Shown one piece after another: positions 12,801-25,000 of a DNA stretch of 64,000 bases. Position numbers and translations under genes: made by a program. The number at the start of each line of letters is the position of its first letter. The stretch's first letter is position 1. The notes beneath the pieces were generated by a model. That model was not told the DNA's origin and did not search any database. It worked only from the letters and a program-made list of their open reading frames with translations. Source of the DNA: Massalongia carnosa (Eukaryota); NCBI GenBank assembly GCA_965645245.1, contig OZ287082.1, positions 186,001-250,000 of the forward strand, read 5' to 3'.

Positions 12801-14217
12801 TCGACAGGTTCTCATCAAGGTAGCGTCGGAGTTCTTCGATTTCGGTTCGACTCATGCCATAAAGAGCTTGATTCGGGATTGGAGAGCCTTCTTTTAGCTT
12901 TATGGCATGGTCGTAGGGTCGGTGTTCGGGCAGGACGTCCGATTCTTTTTTGGAGAAGACATCCAGAAAGTCGTGATACTGTTTGGGTAGAAGGGGGGCT
13001 GGGTCGACGTTCTTTCGCTCACGATAAGCGTTCAGTTCTTCGGCGGTCACTGATGATTGCAGTGTCAAGGGTTGAGGTTCGGGTTCGGTCACTGAACATA
13101 ACTGTGTCAGAGCCTGGTTCATACGGAACAGGGCTAAGTGATATTTCTTTTCACTAGGGCTGGACCGGGGGTTGGGTTGGTAGGTTGGTTTCGAGTGTGC
13201 CCAGTCAGTCTCTTGACGAAGGCGAGATTCGGGTTTGGGTTCAGGCTTAGGTTCAGGTTGAGTCAGGCCGAGAAAGTGATCGATTTCTTTCAAGGAGAGA
13301 GCAAACATCTCGTGACTCTTTTTTCGTCCGAGATAGTTGAAGTTGAGGGCGCCGATTTCACAGACGTCCAAAACAGGAGGATTGCGATTCTGCTGGGCAG
13401 CATGTCGCTGAGTGGAGGTGCGATACGAAGAGGGACTTCGATATCGGATTTTCGGTGAGTCGCCCTGTTCAATCGCTTTTTCGATACGACTGATGTCCTG
13501 ATTTTCGAGAGAAGTTGTCTTACTATCGCGCGGCGTGGTTTTATCGGACAGGACAGGTTTTTCGGACAGGATTTGACTATTGGACGAGTAGTTTTCCGAT
13601 TCCCATACTTCCTGACTTTCCGCAGGAGATAGGAATTTCTCGCCCGTGTAGGCCTTCACCTTGACTGGATGAGGGCTACAATGAGCCAGGCAGAAAGAGG
13701 AAGACAGGGAGAGAGAGTTGGACTCGAAATCAGCGAGAGCTTGATGTCGTCGCAACCACGGGTGTCCCAGGACGATGGGGTAGGTTTTCAGTCCTGTTAC
13801 GAAAAGGAATAATCTTTCTACATGTCCGTTTAAGTCCATGATTACCTCGGCCACATGAGTGATATTTCCAGTCAGAGCCGGCTGACCGTCGAAGCCTTCA
13901 AGGCGTCGGGCGTATTTGAGGGGATGAAGGGGGATTTGGTGAGTTTGCGCAAACTTCTTGTCAATGAATGCATAGCCAGATGCACCACAATCAATCAGAT
14001 TGAGAGCTTGAATTCGAGATCTACCTATACGTAAGATACATGATACCACTAGGTGGCTATCTCGAAACGCTTCTTCGGTTTCAAACAGCTCCAAAGCGGA
14101 GGCTGCGGAAAAACGAGTGTTTGATTGAAGGGGGGGAGAAAACGAGTTGGCTAACAGACAAGAAGAAATTAAAATAGGGCTCTGCGCGCGACGATGCGCA
14201 GAGTCTAGACGTTTCCC
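9826..14217 (-). pseudogene. pol: Gypsy-1 pol (PR-RT-RNaseH-IN-chromodomain) with a single in-frame TGA at 11665-11667
   Basis: [53 protein letters not shown]. ORFs 11665-14094 and 9826-11541 share a frame; IVY*PGK replaces conserved YRPGK. Confidence 0.93.
14180..14217 (-). promoter_or_regulatory. -1 ribosomal frameshift signal (G GGA AAC plus downstream stem-loop)
   Basis: GGGAAAC at 14217-14211 just before the gag stop, followed by stem CTCTGCGC/GCGCAGAG. Pol is in the -1 frame and open from this site. Confidence 0.85.
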
Positions 14218-15398
14218 GAGTCGTCAGTCTCGGGAGTGAGGGTCGAGACGACTTCCATGTTGCGAAGGCGTTTGGTAGGCTTATTTGGACAGTCGGAGGC
14301 CGACCCGAGATGTTGCAATTTGCAATAGAAGCACAGGTTCCAATTCTCGCAGATCTTCCTTACTCCCTCGGTTTTCAACGACTGACCTTTGACAGCCGCC
14401 ATGGCCTGACTTAGGTCCATGGGGTCTCCAGCTGGGGGGAAGGCGGGGGTTGGGATCAATGGGGTGACCGTGCCCGTGACGACAGTGCGGGGGAAAGGGG
14501 CAGCAGGAAGGTTGGTGCCGTTTCTTCGATTGGCGGGAGCTGATGTGGCCGGAGTCGTGGCCTTGGGTGCCAGATGACGGATCTGACGGATTTTCCGGTC
14601 CGTGCTTAACCACATTGCGACGTGCTCGTCGAAGGTGATTGGCTCCAGATTGGTGCCGGGGACTCGGTAGTGGACGGCCGCGGTTTGAACGGAGTAGTTG
14701 ATGTTTGCCTTCATGGCATCAATCAACGAAGCGTCTTCCATTCTGGATCGGTCTTTTTTCTGAGAGAAGAGAGTGTTGTACTCTTCGAAACTCAGAGAGC
14801 CCTGCTTGAGGGTTTCTCGAAGGTACTTACGGGCATCCTCTTGTTCGAAGGGGTTGCCGCAGGCTAGGCGAAGAGCAGAACGCCATTCGGAGAAGGTGGT
14901 GAGTCTACAAATGCCATCCACTCGATACGCATTCATAAGGTTGTGAGCTCGTTTCCCGATGGTGAGCCGATTCTCCGCGTATGCAATCTTGGAGGCATCG
15001 GTGGAGTATCGATCATGATTAACGTGCATCCGTTGAATCAGGCTCTGTTCCCAGGAGTCCAACTTGGCTTCATCTCCATCGTACTCGGAGATGTCGGGAA
15101 GTTTTTCGGAACGAAGATCGGTTTTGGACTCGGAATTCCGGGTCAAAAGGAGCTGCAGGAGGGCAGCTATCTGAGGGTCCATTGCCGGAACGGACGAGGG
15201 AGACGAGGTTGATGCTGGAGTGGGTATAGGGGGGTCGGGAGCTGGGGCGGCCTGCAACCGGGCCACCTCGTCTTGAAGTCGTCGTATTTCCGCGACGAAT
15301 GCTTCAGGATTGGTTTGGAACTGGTTTTGAAACAACTTCACGTTCTCGTCGATGAGAGGATTTTGGGGGACGGTCATCTCTTCTGAAGACGAAGACAT
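14205..15398 (-). CDS. gag: Gypsy-1 gag
   Basis: 397-aa ORF after the 5' LTR with PMDL motif and zinc knuckle [15 protein letters not shown]. Confidence 0.92.
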   Translation of the reverse strand: MSSSSEEMTVPQNPLIDENVKLFQNQFQTNPEAFVAEIRRLQDEVARLQAAPAPDPPIPTPASTSSPSSVPAMDPQIAALLQLLLTRNSESKTDLRSEKLPDISEYDGDEAKLDSWEQSLIQRMHVNHDRYSTDASKIAYAENRLTIGKRAHNLMNAYRVDGICRLTTFSEWRSALRLACGNPFEQEDARKYLRETLKQGSLSFEEYNTLFSQKKDRSRMEDASLIDAMKANINYSVQTAAVHYRVPGTNLEPITFDEHVAMWLSTDRKIRQIRHLAPKATTPATSAPANRRNGTNLPAAPFPRTVVTGTVTPLIPTPAFPPAGDPMDLSQAMAAVKGQSLKTEGVRKICENWNLCFYCKLQHLGSASDCPNKPTKRLRNMEVVSTLTPETDDSGNV

Positions 15399-15468
15399 GA
15401 TGGTGGAATATGAGGGGGGACAGGGGCTAGTGCTATGAAAGGCACCTTTCGATGTAGGTCCGACGTAA

Positions 15469-15916
15469 TGTCAAGGACTGGGCAGGGGATTGAACTAATG
15501 TTCCTAGGAATTGGATTGGGTGATCAAGATGTCTTTATTAATAAGGCTATAGCTAGGTGATGGATTGCTATACAAGACGTCGGACAAGGAGTCAACTATC
15601 TAATTAACTTGTCCTTCCTTTTATATTTGTCTCGAACCCCTTTGCATGAAGATTCCATCAGTGTTCATCTCCCCCTATTAGGAGACGTACGGCACGAAGG
15701 TTTGACGAGGTGTTTGACGATAAAAGGTGGAGATGAGGTTCTCCTGTCGTTGGTACGCTTTGATGGTGATGGTACAGCTTTGACCTGAAGCCGTTGAGAG
15801 GGGTCTAAACTCGATTTAGTTAATGAGATTCTGAATAAGCTGAATAGAGGAACGGGAGCTTAGTCAGATTCATCTGCGGGATTGATTCTGGATCGGGTTG
15901 GTTCGATTTCATGACA
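15469..15916 (-). repeat. Gypsy-1 5' LTR
   Basis: Direct repeat of 9338-9785; TATAAAA on the minus strand near 15620. Confidence 0.97.
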
Positions 15917-16199
15917 TTTAAAAATTCTGAAAATTCCAAAAATAAGGCATCAAGAAAGGATAATTAGTAAGCAAAATTTTAATAAGTTTAAATATAATAT
16001 TTTCGTCGAATTTTATTTTAATTTGCAAAAAATAACTGACCGGGTTAAACGGTTGAACCTTGAAACCCGCATAAAAAACTCGAACCCATCGGGTCGGGTT
16101 CGAGGGTGTTCAACCCGACCCGAAAACCAAACTCAAATCCAACGATTTAGATAACCCGACGGGTTTAACTCAACCAGTTGCGCGGGGTATTAAGACAAT

Positions 16200-16251
16200 A
16201 GATAGATATATTCTTACACCGATATGTCACCGGCCGAAGGCCGGCCAATGA
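16200..16251 (-). mobile_element. 52-bp LINE/SINE 3'-end insertion with 12-bp TSD
   Basis: TSD TATTAAGACAAT at 16188-16199 and 16252-16263. Contains CCGGCCGAAGGCCGG hairpin homologous to 39376-39416; short (ATCT)n-like tail. Confidence 0.8.
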
Positions 16252-16563
16252 TATTAAGACAATTATTATACGAGTTTAATTTGTTTATTTCTACAGAATT
16301 TTTTCTGTGTCAGGTCACGCACGTCCTGACATAAGCGAATCGGTAATTATAACCTATCTCCGATCTCCAACTAGGATACGGCTCGTGTTCGTATTCTTCT
16401 TTTTCTTGTGCTAATCATAATCAAAGTAATTAAATCAACGGATTCGTGACCCGAAGAAGTAGGGCTATAGGATAAAGACATGATCGCCTACTTCTTTCGA
16501 GGGGTTACTGATCAATTTATTGATTTACTACTCTCTATTCGTATATTCATCACGAATCCATAC

Positions 16564-18027
16564 TGTCAGAGGAGGGCTGGAGAGATACAAGACTCTATCT
16601 TACAGAATGTAATACGGATAGCGCTAGAGGGATACGTGATCGCCTACGGCGGCTGCGGGATTAACTAGCATAAGTCAGGCCGTAGTACTTAGTCGCACAG
16701 CCGTCGAGGTTGACACGACGCCACCTTGCCACACAACTCCGAATTAGTTGTTACTACGTTCTAGACTGCTTACAGATCAAACACCTGTCGAGGCCGTGGT
16801 GGTAGATTGCCATGGAGTAAGGCGAACTCCTGTGGAGAAGCCGTGAACTCTATATGGAATCTACTGGCCTACTCGGAGCTACTCGATCTCTTGATGGATC
16901 AAGAGTTGTAGCAGGAGGCACGGCTAGCTGGACGCAGCTTGAGCTCGGCCTCCCCGGTGTAAACTTCAGCATCAACCTTTATTGCTACGTTGGTAGTGAT
17001 GTCGGCTGAATCAACCTACATTACCTTGTGGTCTAGACTTTGTGTCTAGAGGCAGGTCCGCAGTGTAGATAGAGATTCAGTCGGAGGAAACCTTCCATCG
17101 CTACGTTGGTAGTGGTGACGGCGAAATGAAGCTACAAAGCCTCGGCGTCTAGACTTTATGTTTAGAGGCAGGCTAGAAATGTAGTAAGGGATCTAGCCGG
17201 AGGTAGAAGTGTTCTACCTTGCAAGGGAAGGTCTAGAAGGCTGCTCGAGGCTGACTAGATGATCCAGCGAACGCCGAGTTCGTAGATGGATCCTGAGGGA
17301 TGGTTAGATGTAAGGCGATAAGGTCAGAAGTGGGTTGCAAGGCTCCTAAGGTTCCAAGGCTCCCAAGGCTATAGGCTTGGGGTGAGTAGGATAAATACCA
17401 GAACGAATCCTGTAGTATTCGATATCAATTAGTCTTTATTCTATGAACAACCTACGTTTGGGTCTCGGACGAGATCTCTTGGTCTAAGCACTTCCACATC
17501 TATTAGTTCTTTGGATCACATATACTCTCGTAGAATAGCACGTAGTAGCTATCTTCCACCTCTCACGCTGAGCATTTCCACTTTCGAGATCAGTGTCGCT
17601 CGTAATTAGCTTACTGGTCTCGTAGCCCATTACACAGAACGGATATCTAGATAAGCTAAAACTAGAAGTTGAGAATAATACACAAGACGTCCGATGAAGG
17701 GCTCTAAATACCTGGGAAACCACATAGGCTTTATAGCTAAAGCTTTCAACTCTCTTATTCTCCACTTGCCCTATCTCTGTTCCTATACTAATTTCCTTAA
17801 CATGATTGCGTTAACCTATCCCGCCTTTATCTGTGCTGAAGCACTCTCAGTTATAAGCCTGGATTGTGGAGACGTTGAGATTGGATACAGATTATAGGAG
17901 ATTGATAGTACGCTGATAGCGGCAGAAGAACGCCTGAGCACGATGGGTGAGGTTTCACACCAATGGGCCCTGTTAAATACTTAACCCGATCAGGACAAGC
18001 GGGAGGGTGCGAAGCGATTCCATGACA
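16564..18027. mobile_element. Solo LTR family C interrupted by LTR family A
   Basis: TGTCA...TGACA; homologous to 30731-31154; flanks CATAC/TATAT differ by two C>T changes. Confidence 0.88.
16608..17634 (+). mobile_element. Solo LTR family A (1027 bp)
   Basis: TGTAAT...ATTACA, TSD CAGAA; other copies at 6797, 53601 and 59780. Confidence 0.93.
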
Positions 18028-18279
18028 TATATAGTAGACACGTTCTTAGACTTGACTCTTTATATTCTGTCTTTAATAATCTTGCATGAATTTTAATGTC
18101 GTCGTTTAATAAACGCGACAATTTTTTATTTCTTCGACTCTATTTTGAGTATTTCTATAAATTTTTTGATGATTATTATTAATTTAATTTTTTATCCGTA
18201 TTTTTTGTTAAATAATCAATGATATCTCGCTTTTTCTTCGATATAAATGCATTTTTCTTGAAACTATATTGAGAGTTAA

Positions 18280-18814
18280 TGTAATAGGGTAGGCCTAGTA
18301 TACGTTCGTTAAACGTAAGACTGGTATATATGGCTATGTAGGATACGTACAGCCTAAATAACCACCAAGACAATAAGGTCCCGCCTAACCCTGTTAGGCA
18401 TAGTGTGGGGACTTACCTTATTATGGAGGTGTTTTCGTAGTACACGAAGTATACCCTCGCCTCACCTCCCCTCCCCTAGCTCGCCTGCCTAGTCTTATCT
18501 ACCCGAGTGTTTCGGTGACCGAAGTGTTTCGCTGACCGAAGTGTTTCGGTGACCGAAGTGTTTCGGTGACCGAAGTGTTTCGGTGACCGAAAATACCAGG
18601 TAGTATGGGCAAGGTACGGAAGAAGAGTTTAGGTTGTGGATTGTCCTATTCAATATAGATCAATAATCAAGCACTTCAAAAGGGTAGCATTTAGTCTACC
18701 CTTTGACCCGACCCTACCTATTAATATCTCTATTGTGACTATCACGTTGTGTAGCCCCTATGGATTCCGTCTTCCAGTAGTGAATGCCTGCTGGGAGAAG
18801 GTCTCCCCGTTTCA
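18280..18814. mobile_element. Solo LTR family B
   Basis: TG...CA, flanks GTTAA/GTTGA; inverted homolog of 8695-9321. Confidence 0.85.
18507..18591. repeat. 5 x 17-bp tandem repeat GTGTTTCGGTGACCGAA
   Basis: Directly visible; one mismatch in unit 2; each unit contains the palindrome TTCGGT-G-ACCGAA. Confidence 0.95.
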
Positions 18815-19052
18815 GTTGACGTTTTTATTTTCTCAAAATACAAATTTATTGCGATCTTATCTCGTAACGACAACAATATATTGTAAAAAGTTGTTTTATG
18901 CGCATCGATAATTGTTGTATTAATTGTAAAATATCTTTTATATTGTCGAATGTTGTTATGATCTACCTAGAGACAAGTCATAGGGACGCTAGAAACGAAT
19001 ACAATAAAGATGAGGAGGGAAAAACACAATCGACAACCAAAACCTGCTCCTA

Positions 19053-20977
19053 ATCGTGCTAGACCACTTTCGGAATGCAGAGAGCACCCCTTAGTGCTTA
19101 CCGGCTCAAAGACGCATTTTTCAACACCTCAACATTAAAAAAATCAGACCTTCATGAAAAGACGTCCAAATAGCTTCATTTCGGGTTTAAAATCTACTGC
19201 TCAGTCTGTTCTACTAACAGGCCCTGCCCTGGTAAAAATCGGACGTTGTCTAACTGGGTTGATGAGGCCTTTTTCCCCTTATTAGCCTTCCTTTGTTCCT
19301 TTCGTCTAGCCTTTTCTTCCTCTTTTTTTTGACGAATTGAATATAATTCTCTACATTGACTGACTTTTATGACTCCACCCTTTGCAGCTACCTGACCCCC
19401 GAGAGCGGCCCGACTTTTACGCGATGTGGTGGCTTTTTGCACTTGCTGAAGGTCCCGCGTAGTCAAATCTAGGGTGTTGGCGGAGGTGATGGAGGCCCTA
19501 ATAAATTTCTGAAAACCGTCCACTGTTTTTTTATCTATCCATCCACCGATCGGCCCGGCCGCGGTCAATGCCCTTTGCAATTTGTGACCGAATTTTCTGA
19601 TTGATTCGGGGCCTCGAGGGGTGCGCTCATGAAATTGAAGAGGTAGGGGGCTCGAGGTGCGGGGTTCATTCCTAATTTCCAAGGCTGCAGCTTGCTTCTG
19701 ACGAATGACGTCGAGTACCATGTTCGGATTGAATGGGACGATGCCGGTGGTCCTGAATGCATGACGAATAGTAGATGATCTGAATGTCTTGTTGCGAAAT
19801 TCCTGGAATGCGGCTTAAAATTCCAATTTTCCAAATTCCGTGTCTCCCATTCGTATCGAATGATCAATGGCCTCAGCATGATAGTGTTTGTACGGCTGAA
19901 AAACACCTACATCTAACGGCTGAGTCAAATGAGTAGAATGTGCTGGAAGACGAAATAGAACGATCTGATTTTCAGTGGCCAGCTTCTAAAACGGAATGGT
20001 TGAATGAGACCCAAACCCGTCGATGACTAGAAGTAGCCAAGCTCCACGTCTTTTAGTCCGTGTATGCTCGATAAAATGACGAAGCCAATCCATGGCTAAA
20101 TCGTCATTTGAATAGCCGGTCTCGCTGGTCCCAATCAACGTCTCTCCGTCGAGATCGTTGTGTTGACACCATTTATGAAGAATATGAATACCCGAAAGAA
20201 TAAGTAATGGTGGAATAACGTCACCGGCCGAGCTGATACACTCTACAGAAGTAATGTAGTCACGATTATCCGGATAAGTCATACGAAGAGGCTTTCGTGG
20301 GTCCAAGGTGATTACTATTTGAGCTCGTCCGCATCCAATTCGAAAGCCTGTTTCGTCCATATTCCATACATCCAGCTCCGTTATTCCCTTTTCCCTCATC
20401 ACCCTTTCTAATTTGCTGAAATATTCAACCATATCGTTAACGTCGTGACTATTTTTCCGATCGACTGCGAGAGGCTTCTGTTTTCGTACATGAAGCTCGG
20501 GATTTCGATCAAGAAATCGATTCAGCCACTGATAACCAAGAGTACGATTCTCAAAACGAATCAGATAATTTGCAGCCCCCACGATCAATTTGGGTCGCGC
20601 ACACATGTTGGCCTTGTCCAATCGCTCGATGTAGTCACGAACAGCTTGTTCTTGCTCATCCGTCAGAGCTTTGTTGGTACTAGGTCGACTGCTTTTGGAG
20701 ATGCCTCCATTCCATCGTTTTTGAACCGTACGAGGGGCAACGTCAAAAGCTATAGCTGCAGCTCGACAATTAGTATACAAACCATCATGTAACGCGTCAA
20801 TCGCACTGTCAATTTGATCCTCGATAGCTGAATATGAATTGACCATTATGTTGTTGATTGTTGACGTGTCGAAGTTGAGGTGTATAATGTTGAAAATGCG
20901 TCTTTGAGCCGGTAGTGTCTTTGAGCCGGTAAGCACTAAGGGGTGCTCTCTGCATTCCGAAAGTGGTCTAGCACGAT
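19053..20977 (-). mobile_element. pogo/Fot1-type DNA transposon (pogo-1)
   Basis: 61-bp perfect TIRs (ATCGTGCTAGACC...CAAAGAC), TA TSD. Confidence 0.96.
19194..20846 (-). pseudogene. DDE_1 transposase with two in-frame stops (19986-19988, 19815-19817)
   Basis: HTH region, WNMDETG, LVIDGFGSH, QPLDVG all in one frame. Confidence 0.92.
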
Positions 20978-21550
20978 TATATATCATATATTCTCTTCTG
21001 CGCTACTACCCATGTGGTATAGTCGTCATGGAACCTTCTAGTTGCTGCAGGAACGAAATCGAAAGTGCCTACGTATTCTATCTACGATTGCCCTAGGCGG
21101 TGCCGAGTGCCGAAGTCGTGCCGTGTAGAATCGTGACAAAAGTCATAATGTGAACTGAAAATCAAGGTTCATTGAACTTCAATCTACGGTTGCCGTTGTA
21201 GGGGGGTGGAGCGGTGATACTCTAAATTCAAATTGCTAGCGGTTCGGGAGTTGGTTCTTTTCGGCTGATACTCGGTAAAGGTAGAGGGGAAGTCAGGTGA
21301 CAGTCTTTCTTTTAGTTTAGTTATAGATAGTTCTTTTCCTTTTAGAGCAAGCATGCTCGTAGCAATAGCTACACAACACATAGCATCAACACATACAGTT
21401 CACAGGCACGAGGCACGAGGCACGAGGCATACAGAGACCAGTCTAGCTATTGTCCTTATTCTATTGTTCTGTTCTTCTCTTGTTTGTTTGTTCTCTTGCA
21501 CTCCTAGCAGTAGTGGACCACGCACACCACCCAGTTCATCCTTCCACATT

Positions 21551-21562
21551 TGGCGACCACGG
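21551..21562 (+). promoter_or_regulatory. tRNA-type primer-binding site TGGCGACCACGG
   Basis: TGG start 2 nt after the 5' LTR; tRNA identity not determined. Confidence 0.8.
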
Positions 21563-22049
21563 TGCGATCTCTATTTGACCGGGAGCAGGAATCAAACGAC
21601 GAGTCTAGACAGACATGTGAGACAGACAGTAGACTTACAGCGACAGCGACAGCGACAGGAAATAGCGACAGGAAACAGCGACAGGAAGCAGCGACAGCGT
21701 ACAGATATCTAGAGATAGTGGAAAAACGACATACAGTGACCGGAGAAAGACAGAAAGAACGGGGGCATCCATTTGACCCTGACAACGAGGCACGAACAGA
21801 CCTCTCAAGAACGAGCGGACTCGGACATAGTGACGGGACGACCCCATACTGCTTGCGACACGGTGGAGACGGTCTAGGTACTAAAAGAATTGACATCGAG
21901 ACGAAGACAGACGGAAAAGTGACGGCATTACGGACCGGACCAATCAGGAGCCTCGGAATTGCGACTCGGCAGTTGAAGTCGACAGACTAATCCCGTTTGA
22001 GAACATCGCCACATTTAGCGAATGCCTCAATGATTTAGCGACGGCGTGA

Positions 22050-25000
22050 GTGCGACAGTGGCAAAAATATAGTGTACCCACAGACATGGGGCCTGAGCGG
22101 TATCGCATTCCTGCTAGGAGATTAGCCAGCGTCGGGAACCGAGAGACAAAACGACACGGAGTAGACATAAAAGTAGCCTCATTTCCCTCCGATGGCAGAA
22201 TATCGCAGCCATTCCATTCTACCCATTCGTACAATTCATATCAAACTTCCTATTCACCAGTTGACAATACCGAGAGAGAAAGCAGAGCGCATTGCTATAA
22301 CAGACAACGTCTGCATACGGAGGCGGCACCAGCACCTCTGCACCACAGACATTTCGACCTACCTCCACCGTACCAGACACATACTTGTCCTTGTTTGTCA
22401 TATCATTGTTTCAAGCCGACTAAGCAAGCTCCTATTGGTCATTCGTCTGCAGGAGAGACGTATACTCATCATCCTGTTTCGCATTGTCATCCATACTATT
22501 GTCAGCCGAGTAGTCATATCCCAACCTCTGACGACAAAGAAACAACTACCTCACAGCTGACAAAAATCGTTACAAACCTCATTCCTCTTCTTGAGCAACT
22601 TGTCATTAGCGTCCGAAACACTAACGAGGCACGTACGCGAACTGATAGTCCTGCTCCACCTGCGAGCCGAGATAGTCCATCGACTATCATACCTACAACC
22701 GAAGGTCAACCTAGTCACGAGGCAGAGAGCACCATGACCACACCATCGTCGACAAGCCCCGAGTCTTTTGGAAATAGACCAGCCATGTCCGCTGGACCCT
22801 TTGGATTTGTGATGACCATGCCTCAACCAGGCACTCCTGGCACTCCATTCTTTCAAGGTAAAAATGTGTCGGAGTTCCTGAGTCGGTACGAGGATATGTG
22901 TGAGGACTATCATGTCGGAAACAATGAGAAGATTCGTAGGTTGCCCCGTTATTGCGACATGCTAATTGGCCAGACCATTGAGTCGCTTCCGGACTTTGTG
23001 GAGAGAAGATGGACACAGCTGAGCAAGGTGATGAAGAAAGAGTACAAGGCTGGCGATAGCATTCAGCAGGTGAATTCTCGACCGTTTCTAGAGTCATACA
23101 AGGACAAAGTACGCACTAGCGACGATGATGTGCGGAACTTCTGTCGGAAGTTCGGTGCCATATCCAAAGCCCTAATTAGTCAAGAGAAGCTAGACATTTA
23201 CACACGAAATCAGTGGTTCATGCAAGGTCTTCCTGCTGACATACGCGAAGAGTTGTTCTTTCGCCGAGGTGTTGATTTCGACGATAATGTGATGAAGGAC
23301 TTTGATGGACTGGTGAAAAAGACTCTGACACTAGTAGAGGCGAGAATGAAATATAAGGAGGTGATGCGGACCGAGAAGAGTGTAACCGATAAATATAGTG
23401 CTCTAGCCGACCAGTTCGACAAAAAGATAGTGCTAGACGGTCATGAAAATATCATGAACTCGCTTAGTCCACCAGTAGCAGACTCGACTACTGTTAGCCT
23501 ATCGAAGTCCACGGAGAAAACTATCATGGACCTGACCAATAAGTTCGATGCATTAGTCCTTGCCACCGGAGCTCAAATGCGACCGGCCAATCAGAATAGT
23601 CATCAGAGTCAGCAGAGTCGGAACCGTTCCCAATCACCACATAGACAGTCATCCTATGACGGACAGAGACAACAGCATGACCATCAATATGGTAGCGACG
23701 AAAGCTGCAACTATTGTGGAGAGAAGGTACTGCATGACAGGCGAAGAGACTGTCCAGACTTCGACGCTGACCAAAGGAATGGTGTTATCCATCTGAATGA
23801 GAAAGGCCTGCTCTGTCTGGGACCGATGGGTACATATTCCAACCCAATTCGACATTTACCGGGTGTGACACAAAAAGAGTCTATTAGACGTGCGAAGATG
23901 TTGGCCAATCAATTTAGTCAAGCTGGACAAAATGCCGAAGTGCACACGGTTCGAATAGGCGAGGATAGTGCAGATGACTTTTCTTCTGACGAAGAATGGG
24001 ACCCGGAGGTGACGATCATCGAACATACTACCTCTATCAACTCGGCTAGGACCGAAAACAATAAACCTGCTGAGGAGAACTGGAAAGAGCCGGCTAAACG
24101 AATTCTGAAACGCAGGGCTGAGCGCGAGGACCATTTCGCAGTACCGAAAGCACCTAGATATGGCAATTGGAGTCCGCTTCCTACGTCGGTAGAACGTCGG
24201 AATGATAGTCTTGACCAATCAAAACCAACCGACAGAGCTTCCGCGGCAGAACCTCGGGTAACATTTGCTGACCCTATAGAAGAAGATGTGGAAATGACAG
24301 AAGCAGGTCTAGCTGGGAAAGGCGGCGGAAAGAAGAAGCCGGGTACCGGAGTGCTGAGGGCACCTATTCGTGGAGAAGTTCGAGACGCCATAGAAAAGAT
24401 AGGTGCAGAAGAATTCCTGAAGATAGCGAGACGAGAGTTCAACGTGGACTTGATACAGGGCCGCTATCTGCAATCGCTAGCAGCTGGTACTGGAGGACTG
24501 ACCAATGGCAATATCATAGCCATGTTACCCATGTTTAAATCGGTAGTTAACAAAGTGACACGAAATACGGAAGCAGAAAGACAGGACGGTCCAACGGTAA
24601 AAATCGGCTCTATCGGCATTCGGGATCCACTACTCCGCAGAGCATATACAAGGTCGACACCTAAAGCCAAAGTGCGAGTTGGTGATGGAGGCCGATATAA
24701 GTCTCTTCTTGACTCAGGTGCCGAAGTGAACGTGATGACATATGATGTCGCTAAGCGCGAGGGTCTGGCCATGCGACCTTACCCAAATATCAATCTAATT
24801 TCCCATACCGGACATAGAAAGGAATTCCTCGGGGTGTGTGAAAACGTGGAGGTTGATATTGGCGGAGTAGCGTCGCTTAACCACATATTTGTCATTGATG
24901 CTGCGGACCATCAACTAGTGCTAGGACAACCTTATCTTCACCAGATGCGTGTGGGCTTGGACTACCGTAACAACGAGGTAGAATGCACCATACATGCTGA

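Larger units (their letters stand above)
9338..15916 (-). mobile_element. Full-length Ty3/Gypsy chromovirus (Gypsy-1)
   Basis: 448-bp LTRs identical by eye, TG..CA, TSD TTTAA, PPT next to 9786, domain order gag-PR-RT-RH-IN-chromodomain. Confidence 0.97.
7513..16189. mobile_element. Putative old TIR DNA element hosting the nested insertions in this interval
   Basis: Left end TA..GCGCAACGGATCGAGT resembles the reverse complement of the right end ACTCAACCAGTTGCGCGGGG-TA. Clustered ACCCG/CGGGT subterminal motifs at 7530-7565 and 16040-16170. Confidence 0.45.
18954..21138. mobile_element. Probable old solo LTR (about 258 bp net) interrupted by pogo-1
   Basis: TGTTATGATC / GAATCGTGACA imperfect inverted termini; flanks AATGT/AAAGT. 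Confidence 0.55.

Noticed and set aside
18507..18591. CRISPR-like palindromic repeats
   Set aside because: No spacers, 17-bp head-to-tail units, eukaryotic LTR context, no cas genes.
21353..21990. Short ORFs in Gypsy-2 LTR and leader, and antisense ORFs over pol genes
   Set aside because: Shadow or repeat-derived frames without recognisable domains.
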